Below are positions 9,052-16,956 of a stretch of 48,772 nt of DNA, in pieces. The stretch lies in contig CAYTKL010000001.1 of assembly GCA_964438305.1 (NCBI GenBank), forward strand, positions 1 to 48,772. Reading direction: 5' to 3'. The stretch is from an uncultured Dehalococcoidales bacterium (GTDB lineage Bacteria > Chloroflexota > Dehalococcoidia > E44-bin15). Under the pieces are notes generated by a model. It saw only the letters and a list, made by a program, of their open reading frames with translations. It ran no database searches and had not been told where the DNA came from. Position 1 is the stretch's first letter; each line of letters opens with the position of its first letter. The position numbers and the translations under genes are program-made.

Positions 9052-10284
9052 TCATATGACACCCGAAGCGCTGAGAGCACACAATTCCTCGCTCGACAGC
9101 CCCAGTTCTCCGCAGTAGACCTCCGCGTTGTGCTGGCCGATGAGCGGGGCGGGACGCTCGATTGCCTCCCACGGCACGGCGAGGTTGTAGGGCGAGCCGG
9201 GATACAGTTGTCTCCCGACCACGGGGTGATCGCCCTCAACGAAGAAACCTCTCGCCTTCGTCTGCGGACTGTCAAAGAAATCGGCCGGCGTTTGCACCGG
9301 CGCAATGGGGAAATGCCTTGCCTGTCCCTCTTTGTACAGCTCCGCCTTGGTGTACTTCATGGTGTGCTCAGTAATGTATGGGTTCAACACATCGACGTTC
9401 TGACGACGGAAGTTCGGGTCCTCCCACACCGGCTCAGCAAGCACCTCAGGGCTGCCAATCCACTCGACGAAGGATGGCCAGCTACCGGGCGCATTGCCGG
9501 GGACAAGCCCGCCAACGACGTAGGCATGTCCGTCTTTGCACGGATAGATGGCGGCCGGGGCTGTCGTGTGCTGGCTTCCGTGACGGGTCACGATCTCCTC
9601 GAAATTGAGCCACCTGGTCGCCATCCCCTCTCCGATGCTGGTGGCCGAGACGTCGTGAATGGCGATATCCACGTGTTGCCCTGCACCAGTCACGGAGCGA
9701 TGACGGAGGGCGATGAGGGTAGCCAGAGCGGCATGGAGCGCGGTGTTGTGCAGCGCCATCAAGATGGGCGATACGCTCGGCGGGCGAGAAGGCTCCCCGC
9801 ACTGAAACATGGCGCCCATGGCGAAGCTTATCAGTTCGGTGGTCTTGAAATCTCTGTAGGGTCCGTTCTGCCCGAAGCCGGTGATCGAGGTCATGATCAG
9901 TGACGGGTTGGCCTCAGCCAGGGCCGAGTAACCGAGCCCCAGGCTGTCCAGGTGCCCGGGAGACAGGGACTCCACCACTACATCCGCGTCACTCACCAGC
10001 CTCTTGAAGATTTCCTGTCCGTCTCGGCACTCGATGTTGAGGGTAATGCCCCTTTTGTGCCGATTGTAGTAGAGGAAGAAGAAACCCTTCTCGGGGTGAG
10101 GGTCGTCACCAGCGAAAGGAGGTATACTCCTGGTCTCGTCGCCGCCGGGTCTCTCTATCTTGACGGTGTCGGCGCCGAACTCGGCCAGGAGCTTCCCACA
10201 GTAGACGCCCTTCTCATCAGCTACCTCGATGACTCTATAGGGACTTAAAGGAGCGCCATTCCTCCTTTTGTTGGATGCGGTCAT
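9052..10284 (-). CDS. Family III CoA-transferase, divergent B-type paralog (B4), first gene of the array
   Basis: The ORF track gives 9052..10479. I trimmed it to the ATG at 10284 (MTASNKRRNGAPLSPYRVIEVADEKGVYCGKLLAEFGADTVKIERPGGD). ITGFGQNGPY is present. No clear SD, so the start is uncertain by a few codons. Confidence 0.8.
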   Translation of the reverse strand: MTASNKRRNGAPLSPYRVIEVADEKGVYCGKLLAEFGADTVKIERPGGDETRSIPPFAGDDPHPEKGFFFLYYNRHKRGITLNIECRDGQEIFKRLVSDADVVVESLSPGHLDSLGLGYSALAEANPSLIMTSITGFGQNGPYRDFKTTELISFAMGAMFQCGEPSRPPSVSPILMALHNTALHAALATLIALRHRSVTGAGQHVDIAIHDVSATSIGEGMATRWLNFEEIVTRHGSQHTTAPAAIYPCKDGHAYVVGGLVPGNAPGSWPSFVEWIGSPEVLAEPVWEDPNFRRQNVDVLNPYITEHTMKYTKAELYKEGQARHFPIAPVQTPADFFDSPQTKARGFFVEGDHPVVGRQLYPGSPYNLAVPWEAIERPAPLIGQHNAEVYCGELGLSSEELCALSASGVI

Positions 10285-10335
10285 GTTGCGTGTTGTATCT
10301 GTGAGGCTAGTTTCCCAGGCGAAGCTTCCATGCAC

Positions 10336-10364
10336 ATTGTACGTGACGGCGAACTTGCCGTCAA
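10336..10364 (-). promoter_or_regulatory. Candidate sigma70 promoter for the CoA-transferase array (TTGACG-17-TACAAT)
   Basis: On the minus strand, the -35 TTGACG is plus 10359..10364, the spacer is 17 nt, and the -10 TACAAT is plus 10336..10341. It lies ~50 nt upstream of the 10284 start. Confidence 0.4.
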
Positions 10365-10451
10365 TTCCCTGTGGGCGGCGTTGGAGGTCGAGTCGCTGTT
10401 TCGGGTGAGTCGGCGCCTGCCATTTCGAGGCCGATAGGGGGTATCTCCAGA

Positions 10452-10480
10452 TTGACACTCCTATGGAAGTCGGATACACT
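10452..10480 (+). promoter_or_regulatory. Candidate sigma70 promoter for the mutase operon (TTGACA-17-TACACT)
   Basis: TTGACA at 10452..10457, 17-nt spacer, TACACT at 10475..10480. It is followed by the palindrome GCGTTGCAGCAACGC (10493..10507) and the SD AGGAGGA (10512..10518). Confidence 0.4.
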
Positions 10481-10523
10481 TCAATACAGTGAGCGTTGCA
10501 GCAACGCAGGTAGGAGGACTTGT

Positions 10524-12179
10524 ATGCCTAGCAAGAGCAAACAAGAGTGGCGGGATACCACCCTCAATAAGGCGTTGAGCCGTGCCCCAGAGCGTCAGGA
10601 GAGCTTTGAGATCAGCTCAGGGAGTGCGATCGACGCGCTGTATACACCTGAGGACCTGGAGGGGCACCCCTACGTAGATGACGTGGGGTATCCGGGAGAG
10701 TACCCCTTCACCCGCGGTATCCAGCCCACCATGTACCGGGGAAGGCTGTGGACCATGCGGCAGTACGCCGGGTTTGCCGACGCTGAGGAGTCCAACAAGC
10801 GCTACCGGTACCTTCTGGAACAGGGGCAAACGGGGTTGAGCATAGCCTTCGACCTTCCGACCCAGATCGGCTACGATTCAGACCACCCGATGGCTGCGGG
10901 GGAGGTTGGGAAGGTAGGGGTGGCGATAGACAGCCTGGCCGATGTCGAGGTGCTTTTCGACCAGATTCCCCTGGGTAAGGTAAGTACGTCGATGACGATA
11001 AACTCGACCGCACCGGTGTTGCTCGCCATGTACGTCGCCCTGGCCAAGAAGCAGGGAGTCGATCCAAAGGAGCTGAACGGTACAATCCAGAACGACATTC
11101 TGAAGGAGTACGTTGCCCGTGGCACTCATATCTTCCCGCCGCGGCCGTCGATGCGCCTGATAACCGATATCTTCAAGTACTGCGGGGAAGAAGTCCCCCG
11201 CTGGAACACCATAAGTATCAGCGGCTACCACATCAGGGAGGCGGGTTCCACGGCGGCGCAGGAGGTCGGTTTCACGCTGGCCAATGGCATCGCCTATGTT
11301 CAGGCGGCCATTGACGCCGGTCTGGACGTCGATGCCTTCGCCGGTAGACTCTCCTTCTTCTTCGCTTCCTACGGCAACCTCTTCGAGGAGGTGGCGAAGT
11401 TCAGGGCGGCTCGTCGCCTGTGGGCCAGGATCATGCGCGAACGTTTTGGGGCCAAAGAGCCTCGAAGCTGGATGCTGCGCTTCCACACCCAGACCTGCGG
11501 CCATACATTGACCGCGCAGCAGCCACTGAACAACATCATCAGGACTGCAGTGCAGGCTCTGGCGGCCGTGCTTGGCGGGACCCAATCCCTTCACACTAAC
11601 TCGTACGACGAGGCCTACGCTACCCCCAGCGAGGACGCGGTGACCATTGCCTTGCGTACCCAGCAACTGCTGGCCTATGAGACGGATGCCGCCAACATGG
11701 TGGACCCTCTAGGGGGCTCATTCATGGTGGAGTCACTGACCAATACCCTGGAGGAGGAAGCGAAAAACTACATAGCCAAGATTGACGAAATCGGTGACGC
11801 GCTGGCGGCGATCGAGGAAGGGTACCCGCAGCGGGAGATCCAGGAGAGTTCCTATCGAACCCAGAACGATATTGAGAGTGAGAAGAAGGTCGTGGTGGGC
11901 GTGAACAAGTTTGTCTCCCCCTATCCCAAGATAACAGGCCTTCTCAAGTTCGACCCTCAGGTGGCGATCAGGCAGAAGGAGCGCCTGGCTCAAGTGAAGC
12001 AAAGCAGGGACGGCGCCAAGGTGGGCGCTGCGCTGGAGAAGCTGCAGAAGGTGGCGTCGGGCAGCGACAACACCATGCCGGCGGTGTTGGAGTGCGTCGA
12101 GGCGTACGCAACCATCGGTGAAGTATGCGACGTACTTCGGGGAGTCTTTGGCGAACAAAGGGAATTCCTTGCCTTCTAG
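10524..12179 (+). CDS. Methylmalonyl-CoA mutase family, catalytic (N-terminal TIM-barrel) subunit
   Basis: ORF trimmed to the ATG at 10524, which follows AGGAGGA. Blocks [62 protein letters not shown] and [12 protein letters not shown] are characteristic of MCM large subunits. There is no B12 domain in this ORF. Confidence 0.9.
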   Translation: MPSKSKQEWRDTTLNKALSRAPERQESFEISSGSAIDALYTPEDLEGHPYVDDVGYPGEYPFTRGIQPTMYRGRLWTMRQYAGFADAEESNKRYRYLLEQGQTGLSIAFDLPTQIGYDSDHPMAAGEVGKVGVAIDSLADVEVLFDQIPLGKVSTSMTINSTAPVLLAMYVALAKKQGVDPKELNGTIQNDILKEYVARGTHIFPPRPSMRLITDIFKYCGEEVPRWNTISISGYHIREAGSTAAQEVGFTLANGIAYVQAAIDAGLDVDAFAGRLSFFFASYGNLFEEVAKFRAARRLWARIMRERFGAKEPRSWMLRFHTQTCGHTLTAQQPLNNIIRTAVQALAAVLGGTQSLHTNSYDEAYATPSEDAVTIALRTQQLLAYETDAANMVDPLGGSFMVESLTNTLEEEAKNYIAKIDEIGDALAAIEEGYPQREIQESSYRTQNDIESEKKVVVGVNKFVSPYPKITGLLKFDPQVAIRQKERLAQVKQSRDGAKVGAALEKLQKVASGSDNTMPAVLECVEAYATIGEVCDVLRGVFGEQREFLAF

Positions 12180-12211
12180 GCATAGCGGACAAAGGAGCAA
12201 AGGAGGAAATA

Positions 12212-12610
12212 ATGATCAAGCGGATCGACCACGTCTCCATCGCGGTGAAGGACCTCGATGAAGCCTTGGGGGTCTTCAAGGCTGTCTTTGGGCTCGAGTC
12301 AGTGCACCAAGAGGAAATCCCCGATCAGGGGGTGAAGGCAGCCCTTATCAAGGTCGGCGATGGCGAGATCGAGCTTGTTGAGCCGATAGACCCCGAAGGA
12401 GGGGTAGCGAAGTTCATCGAAAGGCGGGGCGAGGGCATTCATCATATCTGCCTTGAGGTGGACAACATCGATGAGGAACTGAAGTCGCTGGAAGCGAAGG
12501 GTGTGGCCCTCATCGACAAGCAGCCGCGAAGAGGTCTGGCGGGAATGATTGGCTTTGTGCATCCCAAGGCGACAAAGGGGGTGCTGGTGGAGCTGGCTCA
12601 GAAGGTGTGA
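12212..12610 (+). CDS. mce: Methylmalonyl-CoA epimerase (VOC/glyoxalase fold), copy 1
   Basis: Trimmed to the ATG at 12212, which follows AGGAGGA. MIKRIDHVSIAVKDLDEAL, EIELVEP, GIHHICLEV and GVLVELAQ give the H/E/H/E metal-ligand pattern of MCE. Confidence 0.8.
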   Translation: MIKRIDHVSIAVKDLDEALGVFKAVFGLESVHQEEIPDQGVKAALIKVGDGEIELVEPIDPEGGVAKFIERRGEGIHHICLEVDNIDEELKSLEAKGVALIDKQPRRGLAGMIGFVHPKATKGVLVELAQKV

Positions 12611-12674
12611 TCGCGATCCCGCTGCGATAAGACAGGACCTGTCATGCACCCGAGTACGATGCTGGGGGGGAAGG

Positions 12675-13061
12675 ATGATAAAGGGAATCGGTCATGCGGG
12701 GATTCTAGTCAGCAATCTCGATGAGGCGGTGGAGTTGTACTGTGACCTGTTTGGCCTGGAGCCGCTCACACAGGTAACTGACTGGCCCGGGGAAGGAATG
12801 AAGAACGTACTGCTGAAGGTGGGCAATCAAGCCTTTGAAGTGATGGAGCCGACCGACCCTCAGGGTGGTCTGGCGCGGTTCCTGGAGCGGCGTGGTGAGG
12901 GATTGCATCACCTGAACCTCGAGGTCGATGACGTGGACGGCCTGGTCAAGTCGCTGGAGGCCAAGGGTGTGGTCACACTCGGGAGAGGGCCGGGTTTCTG
13001 TTTCCTGCACCCCAAGTCAACCAGGGGTGTTCTGTTCGAGCTTATTCAAAGCGCAAAGTAA
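12675..13061 (+). CDS. Methylmalonyl-CoA epimerase-like VOC protein, copy 2 (paralog)
   Basis: Trimmed to the ATG at 12675. MIKGIGHAGILVSNLDEAV, AFEVMEP, GLHHLNLEV and GVLFELIQ are collinear with copy 1. Confidence 0.75.
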   Translation: MIKGIGHAGILVSNLDEAVELYCDLFGLEPLTQVTDWPGEGMKNVLLKVGNQAFEVMEPTDPQGGLARFLERRGEGLHHLNLEVDDVDGLVKSLEAKGVVTLGRGPGFCFLHPKSTRGVLFELIQSAK

Positions 13062-13073
13062 GGAGAGTCCTTA

Positions 13074-13478
13074 ATGGAGGAAAAGATCAGGGTCTTGATT
13101 GCCAAGCCGGGCCTGGACGGCCATGACCGAGGCGCAAAGCTGGTGGCCCGCATTCTTCGCGACGCCGGGATGGAGGTCATCTATAGCGGGTTACGCCAGA
13201 CCCCGGACATGATCGCCGAAGCCGCACTGCAGGAGGATGTCCAGGTTGTGGGGTTGAGCATCCTTTCCGGGGCGCACATGGAGATCTTCCCTGCAATCTT
13301 AGAACGTCTCAAGGAAAAGGGATTGGACAAGGTGGTTGTGGTCGCCGGCGGGATTATCCCCGAGGAGGATGTCCCCGCTCTGGACAAGATCGGCATAAAG
13401 GCCGTTTTCGGTCCGGGCGCTTTGAGTCAGGAAATCGTTGACTCCATCAAGAAGGCGGTGGCCAAGGGAGCCAACTAG
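13074..13478 (+). CDS. Methylmalonyl-CoA mutase B12-binding (C-terminal domain) subunit
   Basis: 134-aa ORF after the [37 protein letters not shown] carries the DxHxxG cobalamin-binding signature. GLSILSGAH and [10 protein letters not shown] are also present. Confidence 0.9.
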   Translation: MEEKIRVLIAKPGLDGHDRGAKLVARILRDAGMEVIYSGLRQTPDMIAEAALQEDVQVVGLSILSGAHMEIFPAILERLKEKGLDKVVVVAGGIIPEEDVPALDKIGIKAVFGPGALSQEIVDSIKKAVAKGAN

Positions 13479-13498
13479 TGCGGGAGAGGGATGCAGAC

Positions 13499-13735
13499 AT
13501 GGCAAGACGGAAGCTGAAACTCACTTTCCCTCCGGAACTGGTCACTGCACCGGTGGTGTATCAACTGGGTCAGGATTTCGGGCTGTCCGCCACTATGCGG
13601 CGGGGTGACATCAGTGAGGACCATAGCTGGGTCATCCTGGAGATGGAGGGGAGCGACGAGGACCTCGACAAGGGACTTGCGTGGGTGACCGAGAAAGGGA
13701 TCACCGTGGAGGACCTGGAAAACGAAGCGGCGTGA
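13499..13735 (+). CDS. NIL-domain-like small protein
   Basis: MARRKLKLTFPPELVTAPVVYQLGQDFGLSATMRRGDISEDHSWVILEMEGSDEDLDKGLAWVTEKGITVEDL follows the NIL (MetN C-terminal-like) pattern from memory. A GTG at 13478 is an alternative start. Confidence 0.5.
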   Translation: MARRKLKLTFPPELVTAPVVYQLGQDFGLSATMRRGDISEDHSWVILEMEGSDEDLDKGLAWVTEKGITVEDLENEAA

Positions 13736-13747
13736 AGGGGGGGTGCT

Positions 13748-13906
13748 GTGGCTACCACTGAAGAGTTGACCCAGAGAATCAGCGGCAAGGCATTGCGAGA
13801 GGAGGCGAGGAAGCGCGGTATCAGGTCCAGTTGCGTCAAGAAGGTCGATATCGCCAGGCAGTTGCCTCGGGAGGTGCTGGAGCGTCTCGCTTCCCAAGCC
13901 AAGTAG
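13748..13906 (+). CDS. Possible 52-aa protein with HeH/Rho-N/SAP-like helix-extended-helix motif
   Basis: GTG at 13748 to TAG at 13904..13906. It reads MATTEELTQRISGKALREEARKRGIRSSCVKKVDIARQLPREVLERLASQAK. It exactly fills the gap between the NIL gene and fdhD (the next ATG is at 13908). It is below the 60-aa ORF-track cutoff. Confidence 0.35.
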   Translation: MATTEELTQRISGKALREEARKRGIRSSCVKKVDIARQLPREVLERLASQAK

Positions 13907-13907
13907 G

Positions 13908-14597
13908 ATGCAAACCGAGAGTGTCGAGATCCTCAAGGTCGCTGACGGCAGGAGAGAGAAGCAGCTAGACTCGGTTGTCCGCGAAGCGGAGGTGGTCATA
14001 AGAGTCGATGGCAGAGCACGCCAGCGACTCTTTTGTTTGCCCCAAGACCTGGAGGAGCTCGCTGTGGGCCATCTGGCCTCTCACGGCACCGCCGTATCGG
14101 ATGTCCAGGTTGAATGGGAGGCGGACAGGGTCTCAGTATCGGCGAGACGAGTCGGCACATTCAGGCCGAGGAAGGCAAGGTCGCAACTGAAGATAACCGA
14201 AGAGCAGGTGTTCGGCCTGGTGAGACGACTGGACGAGAACTGCCCCCTGTACCGGGAGACGGGGGGCACTCATGTTGCGGGGGTGTTTCAAGGCTCGACC
14301 ACCGTTTTTGCCGAGGATGTCAGCCGGCACTGTGCCATCGACAAAGTCATCGGCGCGGGCCTGATGAGGGGCATCAGGCTATCGCGGAGTGTCCTGGTCA
14401 TGTCCTGTCGCCAGACGCAGTCAACCATGAAGAAGGTAGTCCATGCCCAGATTCCCGTAGTCGTCACCGTTTCTGCTCCAACGGACCTCGCGGTCAGGAC
14501 TGCCGAGCAGTTCGGCGTAACTCTGGTGGGATTCGTGCGGGGACGTCAATTCAACGTCTATTCTCACCACTGGCGTATTGTCAGAGGGCCTGCTTGA
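13908..14597 (+). CDS. fdhD: FdhD-family sulfurtransferase-like protein
   Basis: 229 aa. DVSRHCAIDKVIGAGL, VLVMSCRQTQSTMKKVVHAQIPVVVTVSAPTDLAVRTAEQFGVTLVGFVRGRQFNVY matches the FdhD C-terminal core (DxxRHNAxDK ... SGRxS ... PT ... GxTLxGFxR). The usual SGR is SCR here. Confidence 0.7.
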   Translation: MQTESVEILKVADGRREKQLDSVVREAEVVIRVDGRARQRLFCLPQDLEELAVGHLASHGTAVSDVQVEWEADRVSVSARRVGTFRPRKARSQLKITEEQVFGLVRRLDENCPLYRETGGTHVAGVFQGSTTVFAEDVSRHCAIDKVIGAGLMRGIRLSRSVLVMSCRQTQSTMKKVVHAQIPVVVTVSAPTDLAVRTAEQFGVTLVGFVRGRQFNVYSHHWRIVRGPA

Positions 14598-15759
14598 ACT
14601 TCCTGTCCCTTGCCTTCAGCCACTTGTCCTTCTGCGCACGTCTTATGTCCTCACTGGCCGGCTCATAGTCAGCCAGGAAGGACTCCTTGAAGGACGGGAA
14701 GGTCCCCTGGTTGATGTGCGCCCTCATCTCGTCCATCAATCTCAGGACGAAGCGCAGGTTGTGCACCGTAGCCAGCCGATAGGCCAGAAGCTCCTCACAC
14801 TTGAAGAGGTGGTGCAGGTAGGCTGCGGAGAAGGTCTGGCAGGTGTAGCAGTCGCACCAGTGGTCGATAGGCTCGTCCCTGTCTTTGAAGCAGGCGTTCT
14901 TGATGATGACCCTGCCTCGCCTGGTGAACAGGCCCCCGTTTCTGGCTATGCGGGTAGGGAGAGCGCTATCGAACAGGTCGATTCCCCTGGAGACACCCTC
15001 GAAGAGGTCCTCGGGCGAACCCACCCCCATGAGGTATCGGGGCCTGTCTTCGGGAAGACGTGCCACCGTCTCCTCGACTATTGCGTTGGTCATCTCCTTG
15101 GGTTCGCCGAGGCTCAGGCCGCCTATTGCGTAGCCGTCGAAGCCCATCGAAGCGAGCGCGCGGGCTGAATCACGCCGAAGCTCGGTGAACACGCCTCCCT
15201 GGACGATCCCGTAGAGGTCCTGAGACTCGCCGTGGTGGGTGTTGCGACATCTCTCTGCCCAGAGGTGCGTCCGCTTCATGGCCTGCTCCACCGCGTCGCG
15301 GTCATCGCCATATGCGGGGCACTCGTCGAGAGCCATGATTATGTCGGCGCCTATCGTCTGCTGCAGTTGTATACAAAGCTCCGGGGTGAGGAAGTGCTCG
15401 CTGCCATCGATATGTGAGCGGAAGAGCACGCCATCATCGCTCACTCGGCGAAGATGCGCCAGGCTGAATACCTGGTAGCCGCCGCTGTCGGTGAGCAGTG
15501 GCCGCGGCCAACCCATGAAGCGATGAAGCCCCCCCAGTGCCTCAATGACCTCGATCCCCGGCCTGAGGTAAAGGTGATACGTGTTGCTCAGTACGATTGT
15601 GGCTCCGAGAGAGCTGAGTTCGTCTGGGGTGAGGGTCTTCACCGTGGCCTGGGTACCAACCGGGGCAAACGCTGGCGTCGGCACCGCACCATGGGGAGTG
15701 AGAAGCATCGCGGCGCGAGCCGAGGAGTGGCGACAAGTCTTGGTTACGTCAAAGCTCAA
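14581..15759 (-). CDS. tgt: tRNA-guanine transglycosylase (queuine tRNA-ribosyltransferase)
   Basis: TPHGAVPTPAFAPVGTQATVKTL, SNTYHLYLRPG, LTDSGGYQVFSL, GYAIGGLSLGE and the zinc motif CDCYTCQTFSAAYLHHL. Confidence 0.95.
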   Translation of the reverse strand: MSFDVTKTCRHSSARAAMLLTPHGAVPTPAFAPVGTQATVKTLTPDELSSLGATIVLSNTYHLYLRPGIEVIEALGGLHRFMGWPRPLLTDSGGYQVFSLAHLRRVSDDGVLFRSHIDGSEHFLTPELCIQLQQTIGADIIMALDECPAYGDDRDAVEQAMKRTHLWAERCRNTHHGESQDLYGIVQGGVFTELRRDSARALASMGFDGYAIGGLSLGEPKEMTNAIVEETVARLPEDRPRYLMGVGSPEDLFEGVSRGIDLFDSALPTRIARNGGLFTRRGRVIIKNACFKDRDEPIDHWCDCYTCQTFSAAYLHHLFKCEELLAYRLATVHNLRFVLRLMDEMRAHINQGTFPSFKESFLADYEPASEDIRRAQKDKWLKARDRKFKQAL

Positions 15760-16889
15760 ACCCTCTCCTTGAAGAGGTCGTCGGCGATAATCATCCGCTG
15801 TATCTCGGAGACTCCCTCGTAGATCTCGGTGAGCTTCGCGTCACGGTAGAGCCTCTCGATCTCCATGTCCTTCATGTAGCCGTAAGCACCGTGGACCTGC
15901 ATGGCCATCCTGGTGACGTCGACCGCCGCTTGAGAGGTGAACAGCTTTGCGATGGCTGACTCCCGATGGATACTCGCTCCCTGGTCGCGGAGGAACGCCG
16001 TTCTATAGGTCAGCCAGCGCGAAGCCTCGATTCTGGAGGCCATCTCAGCGACCAGCCACTTTATCGTCTGAAGATGGGCGATAGGCTCGCCGTAGGCGGT
16101 TCTGTCCCGAGCGTAGTCGAGGGAGAGCTCGAGAGCGCCTTGCCCTATGCCTACTGCCTCGGCGGCGACCCCCAGCTTGCCCACGCTTATGGCCTCCAGC
16201 ATGATGGCATAGCCCTTCCCCTTCTTGCCAAGGAGGTTGCCTTTGGGCACTCGAACATCGTCCAGATAGACTACCGATGGGCCCAGCCCTCTCACCCCCA
16301 TGGTCTCACACGCGTGGCGTATGTTGTATCCCGGGGTGGGGGTTTCCACCACGAAGGCGCTGACCCTGTTCGTCTCGTCCTTGGCGAAGACCAGCGTCAT
16401 GTGCGAGGCTGGGGTGAGGGCGATGAACTGCTTCTGACCCGTGACGACGTACTCGTCACCATCCGGCACTGCTCTGGTCTGTATCGCTCTGGGGTCGGAA
16501 CCCGTAGCCGGTTCGGTAAAGGCGAATGAGGAGAGCGACATCCCCTGGGCCAGCGGTGCCAGGAATCGTTGCTGCTGCTCCGCACTGCCGTGGCGGAATA
16601 TGGCCTCTTCGGCGAGGCCGTTCACGGCAATAATCGCCCCGGCTACCATGGAGGCTCGACAGAGCTGCTCTATCACCAGGGCATATCCCATATAGCCTGC
16701 ACCGGCACCGCCGCAGTCAGGGGGATAGGGCATGCCGAAGTATCCCAGGTCTCCCATCTCTTTGGCCAGTTCAAAAGGGAACTCACAGCGGCGGTCGATT
16801 TCGATTGCGACGGGTTTCACCGACCTGTCGGCGAAATCCCGTGCCAGTTTCCGAATCATTGCCTCTTGTTCAGTCAGGGTGAAATCCAT
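15756..16889 (-). CDS. Acyl-CoA dehydrogenase
   Basis: 377 aa. FAFTEPATGSDP, the GQKQFI region and the C-terminal RLYRDAKLTEIYEGVSEIQRMIIA (catalytic Glu context) are typical ACAD blocks. 4-nt overlap with tgt. Confidence 0.9.
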   Translation of the reverse strand: MDFTLTEQEAMIRKLARDFADRSVKPVAIEIDRRCEFPFELAKEMGDLGYFGMPYPPDCGGAGAGYMGYALVIEQLCRASMVAGAIIAVNGLAEEAIFRHGSAEQQQRFLAPLAQGMSLSSFAFTEPATGSDPRAIQTRAVPDGDEYVVTGQKQFIALTPASHMTLVFAKDETNRVSAFVVETPTPGYNIRHACETMGVRGLGPSVVYLDDVRVPKGNLLGKKGKGYAIMLEAISVGKLGVAAEAVGIGQGALELSLDYARDRTAYGEPIAHLQTIKWLVAEMASRIEASRWLTYRTAFLRDQGASIHRESAIAKLFTSQAAVDVTRMAMQVHGAYGYMKDMEIERLYRDAKLTEIYEGVSEIQRMIIADDLFKERV

Positions 16890-16956
16890 TTGGGCCTCTC
16901 TAGATGAGCCGAATGCTCAGCCCGCTCCGCCCCACCGCTCAATCTTGCTGAGGCTG

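Noticed and set aside
298-9903. Many long plus-strand ORFs opposite the CoA-transferase genes, for example 1765..2814 (349 aa), 3062..4012 (316 aa), 5713..6549 (278 aa), 8094..9059 (321 aa) and 8887..9903 (338 aa).
   Set aside because: They lie antisense to genes with strong family signatures. They have Arg/Gly/Pro/His-rich low-complexity composition with no recognisable motifs. These are the shadow ORFs expected in GC-rich DNA.
7800-12179. N-terminal extensions of the ORF-track entries 7800..9305, 9052..10479 and 10371..12179. The same applies to 12125..12610, 12549..13061, 18723..20498, 22822..25827, 28320..29468, 29538..29849, 31577..32128 and 47213..47893.
   Set aside because: The extensions overlap neighbouring genes or promoters. 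They are Arg/Ser/Pro-rich and are absent from paralogs and well-known orthologs. Internal ATGs preceded by SD sequences give proteins of canonical length.
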